Origin: Podarcis liolepis
Lineage: Eukaryota
Length of the DNA: 64,000 bases
Strand: one strand, 5' to 3'
NCBI GenBank assembly: GCA_965112155.1
Contig: OZ218099.1
In this document: positions 40,635-53,426 of the stretch, piece after piece
How positions within the stretch are numbered: position 1 is the stretch's first letter
Layout: every line of letters begins with the position of its first letter
The notes under the pieces: model-generated
The model's database searches: none
The model's input: the letters and a program-made list of their open reading frames with translations, nothing else
What the model was told of the DNA's origin: nothing
Made by a program: the position numbers and the translations under genes

Positions 40635-41695
40635 GTATGAACGGAATGGGGAGGGCAGGAGGAAGCAGAGCAAAGATATCCAAACTGATACAACCTCAAA
40701 GCCTTGGCTTAGCTCTGTACCTCTGTAGCCAAAGAGACCTCATGGCCCCACAGATCAGTTCTCTGTCAGCAGTAGTAGTGAAACTCCCAGAAGTGATGGG
40801 GAGCATGCAGGATCTTTCATTTGAGATAGGAATGAGTTGGAATGAGTTTTGGAACACCAAGTTCTACCTCAAAAATTTAGAAAAGAAATCTGAACTTTTT
40901 CTCAGATGAAACGTTGGGTCTCATTTTCCTGGATCTATGCCTATCTGTGACAAACTTTCAGCATTAAGGATCTGACTTTTTTTTTTTAAGCATGTCACGA
41001 AGCTCTAATCTTCAGTTCTGGAAATTGCTTTGTTCTGGCAGATGTGGATTCTAGGGTACATACACACATTTTCCAATATAATATGCAATCCTGCTTTGAT
41101 TGTTAGTTTGTATTTATTCCTCGGTGCAACACATCCAAGTGTCACAACCATTAATATTCCTCAAGCCCCTAAGTACCATCCCAGTTAAGCTGTTCCTCTG
41201 TGTTACTTAGACCTGGATTGAATGCAGGAGGAGGTGGGGGACAGGAGGAGCACATGCCTCAGGTGACAGGTGGAAGGGGGGCCAAACAGCAAGGAGAGAG
41301 GTGTGTCATGGCTGGGCACACACTTAGTGAATCCATACATTCCAGCCAGGGTCCACTTATTGGAAGAGAAAAGTCTTCCTCCTTGCAATCCCCAGGAAGA
41401 GGAAGGCAAGAAGCTGCAGTGGCTGCAAGAGGATGACAACCATAACAGTGAGAAAGAGTTTCTCCCCATAGTCCCCAGTCCCTCCACCACCACTGCCAGC
41501 CATCTCCACCACAGCTGCTCATCTTCCTCTTCGTGGGGTGAGCAAGGAGGTGGGTTGGTCAAGTTGAAGGCTAGGGCAAAATTTGTATAGCTGGCTCTGG
41601 CCTTACCATTTCTGTTTTATCAAGAATGTAGCAACCTGTGGAGCAGTGTGCTATGATGGTATGCTCACCTCAAATCCCTTCTGCTTTCCAACCAG

Positions 41696-41789
41696 GTGTC
41701 CCCTTCAATGATGTGTATGCTGCCTCCAAGTTTGCCATGGAAGGTTTCTGTGAAAGCCTAGCTGTGCAACTCCTCAAATTCAACATTTT
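41696..41789 (+). CDS. RDH8: RDH8 exon 4 ([31 protein letters not shown])
   Basis: Catalytic YxxxK; CAG acceptor and GTGAGT donor. Not in the ORF track; translated by hand. Confidence 0.93.
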
Positions 41790-42187
41790 GTGAGTTGAGT
41801 GAGCGACATGAAGGCAGATCTCAAAGAGCTTAAATTCTTCTACCCAATTTAATGAAACTGGAAGGGATTTGCACAAGCAACGCCCTTCCCCGAAACATTA
41901 GGGAAAGGTACACTCAGATAGAAACAGAGATGGGCCCAGTTCACACACCATATTAAGTCACAGTTTAAAACAAAGATGACACCTCCTGGATCAGGCCAAT
42001 GGCCCATCTAGTCCAGCTTCCTGTTGAGTCTTACGCTGAGGTCTGTCTGTTTTTTTGCTATTTTGCACTTTTGTTTTTGTGGCTCTTTTTGTGTGTGACT
42101 GTGTGGAACCCAGTTCAGCTACTGATTGATTGTGTGACTGCAGTACATTGTTTATTGCTTTCATTTTATGGATCAATGGTCTCGTTG

Positions 42188-42255
42188 TGCTGTAAACAAA
42201 AATTGCCCTTTTCCCTTATGGGGTATCCAAGAGCCCATATAGAGTCCTTATATAG
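42188..42255 (-). mobile_element. Fragment of the 3' (U5) end of the LTR family seen at 61860-61930
   Basis: Near-identical reverse complement of 61862-61930. Confidence 0.8.
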
Positions 42256-42279
42256 TAAAATTCATGTTAAATTGCTGTT

Positions 42280-42421
42280 TTAGGGGTTGTTTTTAAAAGC
42301 CTGGAATGGATTCATCCATTTTGCATTACTTTCTATGGGAAAGTGCGCCTTGGTTTTGGAACACTTTGGTTTTGGAACGGACTTCCGGAACGGATTATGT
42401 TTGAAAACCAAGGTACCACTG
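42280..42421. mobile_element. Truncated Tigger/pogo-like MITE end
   Basis: Ends ...AGGTACCACTG followed by TA; only one TIR is visible. Confidence 0.6.
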
Positions 42422-42663
42422 TATATATAAATAATAGATCTCATGTTGTTCTCAATGGCAGAGCTAAGTCCCATTCATGGAGGCATTTATATATTTAAAA
42501 TGAACATTAATTCAAAGAAATTTCCCTGGGGCAATTAAGCAGGGAAGGGCACAGGATCCCTGGCCATTTCCTTCCAACTTTAGGCATCTGATGTGAAGAT
42601 CCCAGGCCCAAATGCTGCCTCATTTTCTCTCTCTTGCTCTCTTTCAATCCCTCTTCTACACAG

Positions 42664-42847
42664 CATCTCCATGGTAGAGCCTGGTCCAGTCAACACAGAA
42701 TTTGAGATGAAACTGATGGAGGAAGTGGCCCGCTCTGAGTTCCCAGGAGCCGATGCTGCCACCGTGCGGTACTTCAAGGAGGTCTATCTTCCGGCCTCCC
42801 ATGAGATATTCACCACCATGGGCCAGACCCCTGAGTATGTGGCTAAG
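42664..42847 (+). CDS. RDH8: RDH8 exon 5 (ISMVEPGPVNTEF...TPEYVAK)
   Basis: EPGPVxTEF motif; canonical splice sites. Confidence 0.92.
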
Positions 42848-44751
42848 GTAGGGGTCACCCTCATGACGTATGAGTGACGTAGGAAAGCTTTAAAGCCAGT
42901 AGTTCTTCTACAGCCTCCCTGACAGATTTCACCTCACCGGACTGAGTTGTTTGCATAAGACAAAGCAGGAACTGGCCACTTCCAGTGTTCCACACTGGCA
43001 TCCATTGCTCCCTCCTTCTCTAGCCTGCTGTCAGGAATCCAGCACAGGGAGCACAGTTAAGTAGAAATTGTGATTTATTGACCAAGTACACAGATAACGC
43101 CAGACGGCATTAACCCAGCTGCCGCCATCATGAATTGCGATGACTCTTGTGCTGAGTCCCTCTCCTTCCTCCAACTTAAATTGGACCCTGAAGTTTCTGC
43201 TTCCGCCTCCTATCACACCCCCTCCCCCAGTGGGACTCCCTCCGTGGGCTCATTGGATCCCCTCCAACTTCTTCCTGAAAAGACAGCCTGTCAATCTTCT
43301 CTTCCTCTCCTTTTCCCTCCCCTTGAGAGACCTGGGCAGATCCTAGGTGGATCTGCATTCCTGAGGGTGGGGAAGTTGGTGCTCAGCTAGGCTCCTCTCT
43401 TCTGATAGTTAACCCTCTCTCTTCCTGCCTACTTCCTCCACTGAAAGCTGGCTGGGCTGGCTCAGTCGTGATACCTGCTCTGTCCTGTAATGCATACTCA
43501 GACCCATTTGACAGAGTGAGGCAGCTGCCTCAGGTGGCAAATGCTGAATGGTGGGGAGTGATGGCAAGGTGTTGGGAGGACAGAGCTGTGCAGGCCACAC
43601 ATGGCTTTCCCTGTCCCACTCAGTTCCCCTGTTCCCATCAGATGCAGTGGAGGATGTTGTCCTGCCCCTAGTGTTGAAGTTAAGATTCAACCACCAGTCC
43701 ACCTGACTTCTGTACATGGAATTGGGAGGAGCATCATCTTCTTCTTCACCTCAGACAGCAAAATGCCTTGATCCAGCTCAGGCTACTATTTGCTTCTTTT
43801 AAACTTTATTTCTCATTTTTCACCATGTAAGTCTCAAAGTGACATACTATGAGAAAATACACAACATACAGGATTTAAAACATGAATTAAGCTTCCAGAA
43901 ATTTAAACCTCATAATTTAAAATATATTTTTAATAAGTTTTGTTTTTTAAATCATCCAAGAAGCATTCAAGGTGCAAAAGCATCCAGAAATAAACTGGTT
44001 TTGACCAAGCATCTGAAACTCAGTAGGGACGGTGCCTGTTTAACTTCTTGTGGGAGAGAGTTGCAATCAAACAGGTCAGCTTGGGACATCATGGCCTCCA
44101 TGACAACCCTGAGGCTGCGTCAGTATATCAGCCACACCCTCAACCTCATCTTTGCCACAGAGCAGACCTTGATGGCTGGGGCAGGGTGGGGAGCTGCTTG
44201 CTTTGAATCAGTTGCCATGGCCACAAAATTCCTGGTAAGGTTTGGGCTGCATGCTCATCTGTGCAAGGGTGATGGAACCACTAAGATGGTCCACCCTGAG
44301 ACTGATGGAACCTGCTGGATTCTTGCATGGCCTGGGGGATTTTCTGGCTGACATGGACAGTGCTCCTGTTGATGCTCTTGCCTCACTGTGGAACAGCGAG
44401 GTGTCAAAGGCAGTATCCTTCTGACTACCAACTGCTAGGGATCATGGGGGGCGGGGGTTATTGTGCTCATGCACTGCTTGTGAGCTAGCCACCACGAGAG
44501 CAAAATGCTGGACTCAATATGCCAGGATTCCTCTTCCTTTTATGTAATGGAAAGGCACCTCCCCAAAAGTCCATGAAAAAATAACAACAGTTGCCCATTG
44601 CTGTCTAGCACCGGCCTCTCCTGCACACAATGTGAGAATCACTGCTTCAAAATCAAGGAAGACCAAACACGTGAAAGCAGCAGTTGTTAGGATGGGGATG
44701 TGAAGGAGCTGTATCAAAATACCAACCTCTTTCCACCTTGCCTTCCTTCAG

Positions 44752-44976
44752 GCTGTTGTGAACGTCATCGCCAAGGAGCGTCCTCCTTTCCGGACACAGA
44801 CGAACACCCTATACACGCCGCTGGTGGCCCTGAAGTATGCGGACACCTCAGGGGATCTGTCCGTTGGCACCTACTACAACCTGCTTTTTCGCTTCACAGG
44901 CCTCTTCCACCTCAGCATGAGCTTCCTCAAATGCATCACATGCAGCTGCTTCCGGCGCCGGGTCACACCTGCTTGA
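44752..44976 (+). CDS. RDH8: RDH8 exon 6 (AVVNVIAKERPPFRTQTN...CITCSCFRRRVTPA-stop)
   Basis: Phase-0 acceptor, TGA stop, RDH8-type C-terminus. Confidence 0.9.
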   Translation, partial: AVVNVIAKERPPFRTQTNTLYTPLVALKYADTSGDLSVGTYYNLLFRFTGLFHLSMSFLKCITCSCFRRRVTPA

Positions 44977-47406
44977 GGTCAGGGTGGGTGAGGCCCTGAT
45001 GGCAGCAGAGCCTCACCTCTTCCCACTGCCCTGCTAAGGCTATGTACGGATGACCAGAGACATTCTGCAACAGATCAGTCCACTCCCATGTTTTAAAGCT
45101 ACCAGGTTCTGGTGAAGGAATATGTGCTGGGAAGGAATTAAAGACAACAGGTCCTTTGGGGTGTGAGTAGGGATGTCAGAGCTTTCCGACAGAAAAAGGA
45201 GCAGGACTTGCCAATGTTTGTTTACTTGTCCCATGTTTGAACAGAAATCAACCCAGCGAATGCCATCGGGATTTGCTGTTGTTACTGCTTTCAGTCCTCA
45301 AATGATACATAATTGATTACATTTTCCTCTATTTGCATTGAAATGAACAGGGTAAAATAATGTAACAGCAACATACTTTATGTAATTAAGTGCATAAATT
45401 ATGTGAGTCGCATAATTTCACCACAGCAGACAGCAAGACCAATAGCACAGTTTGCGGCAGAAGGTAAACTGCAGCAGAATGCAGCCGTGCTGCATGCGAC
45501 AAACACAGGGTGGAATGTTGCCTCCAGTGAAGTTTGAAATAAATCCAGGACAAAAACTAGGCAGAAGTGTGGGGAAATTGAAAGGATATTGGTATATTTC
45601 AGTGAACTTTCTCAGACTCTAAATAACCTCGACAGAACTGTGCAAGTCTGGTGGGGGAAAGCAGCCCCATGGGACCTGGCAAAAACTCATATAAAGTCTT
45701 AAGGCCCTACTCATACAGGTTTCTTGTTCCCATAAAGCTGAATAGTGGAGCACTCAGGACAGACCAAAAGAAGCACTTCTTCACACAGTACATATTTATA
45801 GCTATGGGATTTGCTGCCAGAAGATGTAATGATGGCTACCAGCTTAGATAGCTTTCAAAGAGGGCTTAAACAAATTCAAGGAGGGTAAGGGCTACCAGTG
45901 GCTCTCAGCCATGATGGCACCACCACCTGAGTGAGAAGCTGATACCAGCTGCTGGGGAGCATCAGTGGAGAGAAGATGCTGTTGCCCTCAAGTCCAGCTT
46001 GTGGGTTTTTCCTAGGCATCTGCTTGGCCAATTTGAGAACCAGGAGCTGAACTAGATGCACCTGATCCAGCAGGGCTCTTTCATTATGTTCCACAAGCCT
46101 GGCCACCTGCCCCACCCTACCACCCTCCTTAGCCAGTTAATATGATCATCAGTAAGAATTTATATGGCATTTGTATCCACAGATAATTGTTTGCCAATTC
46201 TAATCTCCCAAAAGGAGTGCCAGTGCTGAGTAGTGGTTGGTGAACTTCATCCTCACCAAGCAGGGTAGAAGCTTGCCATGTGACCTATAAGGAAAATCAT
46301 TATTATGCCAAAAGGAAAATCATGAATGGTGTTCTTGAGATGGGCCTGGGAAAGTCAGCCTGTGAATGGGACTGTTTTCCTGGAGACGAATGGTTTGTCA
46401 AGGAGGATACAATGAGCAGTGCATGTGCCATGCAACTGGTGACACTGCCCATTAAGGCCAAATGGGCAATTTGCCATTCCAAGCTTTTGTATAGACAATG
46501 TGCAGGAGAGATATTTCAGTAGCATAGACACTTATACCCATGCAGAATAGTTACTTAGAGTAAGATTGCACATTTGATTAACTAGTTTACATAAAAAATT
46601 GGTCAATTAAAAGGGCACCTTCAAGTAACTGGACACCATATTTTCTTTAGTGTGTTATTTTAAATATATGTTTTCAAAGCACTGATAGAAGGTGCTTCAA
46701 AGTGGCACTTCCCCTTCCTCTACCCCCCGCCCCCCATGGAAGGAATGCTAAGACACACAACTGCACCACATATGGGCATCATTTCAGGGCTGGCTCCAGG
46801 TTTGGGGGCTGTGGGCAAGAGACCTTGTGCACTCACCCATGCATATAGACACTTGTTGTGGGGCAGCGAAGGGGAGAACACCAGAAGTCAGTGCTGTAGC
46901 TCCCTTGCTCTGGGCCACCAGAGAGCAGCTCCCTCCTCACCACTGCCAGGGCAGCAGTGAGTCCAGACAGAGAGGGCTCTGCAGCTACCTGGTTGCTGTT
47001 CCTCCCCTGTCACTACCATAGAAGTCCCTGTTCTCTTCATTGCCATCACTGGTGAGAAGCTGCCAAAGCTCTCTGCCTCCAGTGGATGCTATTCTTGCCC
47101 CTCTTTGTTGTCTGGGGGGTAGGGGTTCTGATGGGCTCCTCCTCCTCCTCTGCCAAAGGAGGAACCTAGGTGGCCTTCTACACATGGCGGAGCATACACG
47201 CACAAGGCTAAACAAAATGGTGGCATCCAGTCAGACAGTGTAGATGGCAGTGAACCTCCTCAGGTGCCTGGCAATGCTGACTCCTGGCCCAACATTAAAA
47301 CATACAACCTTTTTCTTCAGAATGTTTTTATTCTTTTGCACAGAACAATCCTATGCATGTTTACTCAGAAGTTAGTCCTATTAAGTTCCATTATGCTTAC
47401 ACCCGA

Positions 47407-47710
47407 GGGATGCGGGTGGCGCTGTGGGTTAAACCACAAAGCCTAGGACTTTCCAATCAGAAGGTCGGCGGTTCGAATCCCCGTGACAGGGTGAGCTCCC
47501 GTTGCTCAGTCCCAGCTCCTGCCCACCTAGCAGTTCGAAAGCACGTCAAAATGCAAGTAGATAAATAGATACTGCTCTGGTGGGAAGGTAAATGGCATTT
47601 CAGTGCGCTGCTCTGGTTCGACAGAAGCGGCCAGTAAAGCAAGATGAGCAACGCAACCCCAGAGTTGGTCACAACTGGACCTAATGTCCAGTCCCTTTAC
47701 CTTTACCTTT
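47407..47710 (+). mobile_element. Sauria SINE with internal deletion
   Basis: Full head GGGATGCGGGTGGCGCTG and ACCTTT tail; flanking repeat TTATGCTT(A/G)CACCC. Confidence 0.9.
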
Positions 47711-47820
47711 ATGCTTGCACCCACGGGATGAGTGAACACAGGATTCCAGCCATAATATTTTGCGTGAGTCAAACCTCATGGAAGTAAAAGGTTCAGGGTC
47801 CTTCCACGCTAGGCATTCAG

Positions 47821-48507
47821 TGTAGTTATAGAGAAGCTATTCCAAATGTGTAAAGATGTTTCAAATGTTTGCTGCAAATCCCAAGAACATGAAGGGACTT
47901 TTTATCATGTTAAAAGGCTAAAAAAAAAATTGGATACAATTACATACATTGATACAGCAGATTTTAAAGGTTAATATTCAACTGAAGCCAGAACTTTTTC
48001 TCTTGGGGCTAATGGACACATACTAGAAAAGGACTATGGAAGATTATTCCAATACATATATGACTACATTTGTGAGACTGCTATATGCACAAATATCTGG
48101 CTGAGATGGCAAAGTTAAGATGTTTAATTTGAGAAAAATCATAACTGACATTTGTTAAGGATTGGAAATTTCTTGTAGATTTTTTGTTTGAAAGAGAAAA
48201 TGAGCTTATAGTATCAGGATTTGAATACTGAAAAAATATCGGTTTATAGAAGAAAGAATGCAGAACCGAGACCTGGAAGTCCTTTTACACTCTTTTCTTT
48301 CTGTAGCTTTTACTTTCTTTCACTTTCCTCTCCCTTTCATTTTTCTTTTTAGGTCTCTCCTTTTATTGTCTTTTCCTCTTTCAGACCTTGCTCTTTTTCA
48401 GACTCAGTAGCTGTCTTATCTTAGTATATTACAAAAAGATACTTTGTAATCGCTATGTATTTTTGTATATATGAATAAGAATCAATTAATAAATTAATTA
48501 AAAAAAA
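47821..48507 (+). mobile_element. Degenerate L1-like 3' fragment
   Basis: AT-rich, ends AATAAA plus oligo-A; 12-bp TSD CTAGGCATTCAG. Confidence 0.65.
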
Positions 48508-48539
48508 CTAGGCATTCAGCATGGGATTGCCATGCGTCG

Positions 48540-49345
48540 TTAATCCTGACAAGACAGAAGTACTGTTTTTGGAGGACAGGGGGTGGGACTCCCTGGTCCT
48601 GAATGGGGTAACCGTGCCCCTGAGGGACCAGCTGTGCAGCCTGGAAGTCATTTTGGACTCACAGCTATCGATGGAGATGGAGGTCAATTCTGTGTCCAGG
48701 GCAGCTGTCTACCAGCTCCATCTGCTACGTAGGCTGAGACCCTCCCTGCCTGTGGACCATCTTGCCAGAGTGGTGCCTGCTCTGATTATCTCCCACTTGG
48801 ACTACTGCAATGCACTCTGCATGGGGCTATCTTTGAAGTTGACTCAGAAACTGCAATTAATCCGGAATGCTGGTTAGATTGGTAACCGCCAAAACCATAG
48901 AACACTGGTCCTGAGAGACCTACCGTACATTGGCTCACAGTACGTTTCAGAGCATAATTCAAAGTGTTGGTGCTGACCTTTAAAGCCCTAAACAGCCTCG
49001 GCCCAGTAGACCTGAAGGAGCGTCTCCACCCCAATCATTCACCCGGACATTGAGGTCCAGCTCCGAGGGCCTTCTGGCGGTTCCCTCACTACAAGAAATG
49101 AGGTTATAGGGAACCAGGCAGAGGGCCTTCTCGGTAGTGGCACCTGCCCTGTGGAACGCCCTCCCATCAGATGTCAAGGCAATAAACAACTATCTGACTT
49201 TTAGAAGACATCTGAAGGCAGGCTTGTTTAGGGAAGTTTTTAATGCTTGATGTTTTTATTTTGTTTTTAGATATGCTTTAAGCTACCCAGAGTGGCTGGG
49301 GAAACCCAGCCAGATGGGCGGGATATAAATAATAAAATTATTAAT
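48540..49345 (+). mobile_element. L2-clade LINE 3' fragment (degenerate RT C-terminus)
   Basis: NPDKTEVL...SHLDYCNAL peptide; AATAAA and (ATT)n tail. Confidence 0.85.
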
Positions 49346-50436
49346 ATTATTCATTCACCTTATAAGGGGATTCCACCAGACACAATCATTCATGAAAGAC
49401 CAAGTGTAGCACTATAGCACCTGAAAGCTATCATGATGTTTGTAATGAAATGAAAACTCTTGCAAGTTGTCACCATCACCACCATTAACCATGTTGCTTA
49501 AAAGGTGGGGGCTAGAAAAGGGGTGGCTTTTGTAAAGCATTATTTTAAGAATAATCTTATACTGCGTTATTGTGTTAGAGCACTATACTGTTTAATTTTA
49601 CACACACAGAGCATATTAACAATAATTAACAGATGGACAAAAACAGTCATAAAACGTCAGCCATCATCACAAGGGTTGTTGTGAGCATGAGCAGAGCTTC
49701 AAGTGGCCCCGCCCACAGTGGATAAGCCACACCCCCTGGTGCAGACAGAACGCAGGAGAAAGTACACATAGAGTGGAAAGTCAACTGCAATTCTGCTTGT
49801 AGCTTACAGCAGAAAAGGGATTATTTATTATAACCTTTGAAATCAATAGGCATTACTAACTTAGACACTTTGTTGTCAACAGGTCTACTCTGAGCAAAAA
49901 TTATTTGGATACAACTGTATGTGTGAGCTTTTCCCTGCCATGCAGATAAGGTAATGAGGATTTGCCTGATGGATAGCTGTCATGCCTTTTAAAAACACTC
50001 AGGAGCTTCCCAGGAGATAAGACTGGGGACCTGACACTGGCATGCTAAGAAAGAAAACTCACACCAGAACCGAACACGAGGTGCTGCTACTATGCATCCT
50101 GCAGTTCTGCACAGAAGTTGGCACTGGGGGGAGAAGCCAGCCTCCTGAAAGACCATGCTTTCTTTCGTTCACTCATTTTCAAAAGGTCAGCATCCGGCCC
50201 TTACGTGGCTAATACCTACATAAATCTAAGAAACCATAGGAGGTTGGTTAAAGATTTTCAGCTGCTAGAGGCCAGCCTGCTCCTCTCCCATGAATTAGGA
50301 AAACTGGAATCCTTCATGAAAAATAGCAGCCTAAGAGTAATTATGGAATCAGTCAGAATTCCGCACCCATACCACAGGTTTCCCATTTACCTTTTCCAAC
50401 AGACAATGGGCTTTATTCAACTACATTTTACTCAGA

Positions 50437-50768
50437 GGCGCTGTGGGTTAACCCACAGTGCCTAGGGCTTGCCGATCAGAAGGTGGGCAGTTTGAATCCC
50501 CGCCACGGGGTGAGCTCCGGTTGCTCGGTCCCTGCTCCTGCCAACCTAGCAGTTCGAAACCACGCCAAAAGTTCAAGTAGATAAATAGGTGGGAAGGTAA
50601 ACGGCATTTCCGTGCGCTGCTCTGGTTTGCCAGAAGCAGCTTAGTCATGCTGGCCACATGACCCGGAAGCTGTACGCCGGCTCCCTCGGCCAATAAAGTG
50701 AAATGAGCGCCGCAACCCCAGAGTCGGCCACGACTGGACCTAATGGTCAGGCGTCCCTTTACCTTTAC
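50437..50768 (+). mobile_element. Sauria SINE (young, CpGs retained)
   Basis: High similarity to the other copies in the window. Confidence 0.9.
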
Positions 50769-51719
50769 ACCCATTAGAATTAATGAACCTAAGCGGGTGT
50801 ACTGGAAATAAAAGTTAGTTGAATACAACCCATTATTTAATTACTGCTAAGATATTGCTGGTTATGGGGGAGGGAGCAGGGAGAGAGATTTACTTCTTCA
50901 AGCTCTCCCCTCTTATTTTCCCTGCCTTGGCTGCGATCCTGTTTGCACTCCCCGGCACCACCCTTAGAAGGGAGGCATTTCAACGGACACATCTCAAGAT
51001 AATTGCTGACATGCTCAGCTAGCACCTCCAGCCTAGAAGGCTCCACAGCGCAGGCACAGATGGCTTCCTTCGTCTTGCAGCCAAGGCAGGCAGAGAGAGG
51101 CGTGGCGAGGGCTGCCGCAAAGCAGAATGTTATCCTCCTGGCCAACGACCAGAGCTGGAGGATGCAAATCGAGAAGGCAGGCAGGCAACCAGGGCAGCCA
51201 CTCCGTCAGCACGTGCCGGAGCTGGCTTCGCGCCCAAGAGCGCAGGATCTCAGACTTCTATTGGTTTTGAGTGGATGGGGTGAGGGGCAAGTGCCCCCCT
51301 CGGCTTTGGACAAGCCGGTGGGGAAAATCCGAAAGAAGAAACGCGGGCAGAAAAATCGCATGTCTGAGAGAAGAGACTCCAGCTGCTGTCACCGTCCCTT
51401 TTTCCACAGGGAGGCAGAAGGCGCAGCCCGGATCTGAATCCCGCGGCCGCCTCGGAACTACTTATCCCAGAGTGCTTTGCGTCTCCAAGCGACGGCATGA
51501 CGCTACAGGTTCTCATTGGCCACAGACGGCACAAGGAGGCGAACAAAGCAATGGGCACAAAGGCTGCTGGGAAATGAGGCGTCGCGGTTTCCTGCCCGGA
51601 GACCAGGCTTTTGTTCGCTGGCTTTTGTCTGCCTGCGCGTCCCTCCGCCTCCCCCCCCCCCGCGCCCGGAATCCTCCTGCGGCTACTAAGCCAGTTTGGA
51701 GCCTTACTCTCTAGTGGGG

Positions 51720-51809
51720 ATAAAAAAATTCCTTCCAGTAGCACCTTAAAGACCAACTAAGTTAGTTCTTGGTATGAGCTTTCGTGTGCATGCACACTTC
51801 TTCAGATAC
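51720..51809 (-). mobile_element. Penelope-like element terminal fragment
   Basis: Resembles the squamate PLE repeat (CCAGTAGCACCTTAAAGACCAACTAAG...); flanked by 9-bp direct repeat CTAGTGGGG. Confidence 0.75.
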
Positions 51810-51810
51810 C
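51771..51810 (-). ncRNA. Minimal type I hammerhead ribozyme motif
   Basis: Minus strand GGUAU-CUGAAGA-A-GUGUGCAUGCACAC-GAAA-GC-UC-AUACC: stem I, intact core, stem II and palindromic AGCU helix III. Confidence 0.75.
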
Positions 51811-52178
51811 TAGTGGGGGGCAGCGAAGGGAGGAGCAGAGTTCTGCGCAAAAAGCCCCTTCGAGGTTAACCTAGGGCCGTGATCCAAGGCTGCCTCCCCT
51901 AGAAATTTCACTGAAGAACCAATAGGGTGCTTTTTTAACTCAAAAAACGGTCAGAAGCGGGAGACAAAAAAGATTCAAGGCGCTGCATCGGAGCATTTAA
52001 AAAAAATGAACAGAACTGTAAAAGGCCACCGCACATCTCGACTTTCTTGATTTACGTACATACACGTCGGACCAGTTGCAAATCAAGCAACTACGTACCG
52101 CCTTTTCACAAGCTCCCACCCCTACCTTGTTAACGTTACTCTATGAGGAAAATTCCAGCTTTTTATGAATGAGTAGGT

Positions 52179-52194
52179 GGCCCTTAAAAGGGCC
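52179..52194 (-). terminator. Histone 3' stem-loop of H4 (GGCCCTTTTAAGGGCC) followed by a purine-rich HDE
   Basis: Canonical 6-bp stem and 4-nt loop, preceded by CCAAA and followed by ACCTA...AAAAAGCTG. Confidence 0.95.
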
Positions 52195-52226
52195 TTTGGA
52201 TATTTTGTTGTTCGCTGCAGGAATAT

Positions 52227-52574
<348 letters not shown>

Positions 52575-52602
52575 TTATGCAGGAGAGAAAAGAACTCGGC
52601 TG

Positions 52603-52637
52603 AATTATATACTCTGTATGCGGACCAGAATGAAAAC
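52603..52637 (-). promoter_or_regulatory. H4 promoter: TATA box plus H4 subtype element (TTTTCATTCTGGTCCG, HINFP site II-like)
   Basis: Minus strand reads ...TTTTCATTCTGGTCCGCATACAGAGTATATAA. Confidence 0.8.
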
Positions 52638-53362
52638 TGGCAGCTCCAGGGAGGGCGGTGCTACCTAACCACGCCTCTCTCGCTATAGGGCGCTGCTCCT
52701 CAAATGAGCCGCGGGAGATTTTCAAAATGCCCAATCGCAAATCGCCGCTTCAAGCTGAATAATTTGGCGCCGTTCGTTTGCTCTTGAGTCTGCGTAGAAG
52801 AGAACGGTCTCAGGTTGCCCAGAGGAGGCAAGAGAGAGCAGACAAACAAGCAAAAAATGGATACAAAACTGCCCAACGGAACTCGTCCCTCCCCTTCTTA
52901 TTTGCGCTACTTTGTTAGCAGAGGGCAAATTGTGAAACTGTTGCAAGATAAAAACGACTGATAATACCTTCGCTGAAAACGTCGGTCCTCTTTCTTTGAC
53001 GCTGTAAATGAAGTTTAGGAATGAGAGCAGCCTGCGCCCATGTGCATTTGTGATAAATTATTTTGACACTTGCATACAATTAATAAACTACGGAGACGCC
53101 AAAGACGCCTTAATGTAAGCCGTGCTGTCACCTACTGAGGAAGAAAAGTGTGTTTTCTTGCAGGAGTCCTGTGGAGAAGACCATGTTTTCAGTGGAAACT
53201 GGTGCATATGCGATTTCTGTTGAAAACTGTCTCTGCTTTGATTGCAATGAGATTAAATCCAAACGTGTTTTGGAACATGGATGGAGGGGAGAAGCCCAAT
53301 ATTATATATATAAAAAAATCTGGTCCCGATTCCTACTTGGTGTGCTTAAGTATTTGATTTCT

Positions 53363-53365
53363 TCT

Positions 53366-53424
<59 letters not shown>
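53363..53424. repeat. (CT)n(CA)n compound microsatellite
   Basis: Read directly. Confidence 0.9.

Positions 53425-53426
<2 letters not shown>

Larger units (their letters stand above)
34078..44976 (+). other. RDH8: Gene span of retinol dehydrogenase 8 (photoreceptor RDH, SDR family), 6 coding exons, 951 nt, 316 aa
   Basis: Exons of 106+162+180+94+184+225 nt splice in frame. Motifs: TGCSSGIG Rossmann, NNAG, catalytic S and YAASK, C-terminal Cys cluster plus VTPA. Confidence 0.9.

Noticed and set aside
34078-44976. Calling the SDR gene HSD17B1 or HSD17B8 (and so the collagen COL11A2 in the MHC)
   Set aside because: The ATMRDL, SSVMGLQG and C-terminal Cys/VxPx features fit RDH8, and no RXRB or SLC39A7 lies between the genes.
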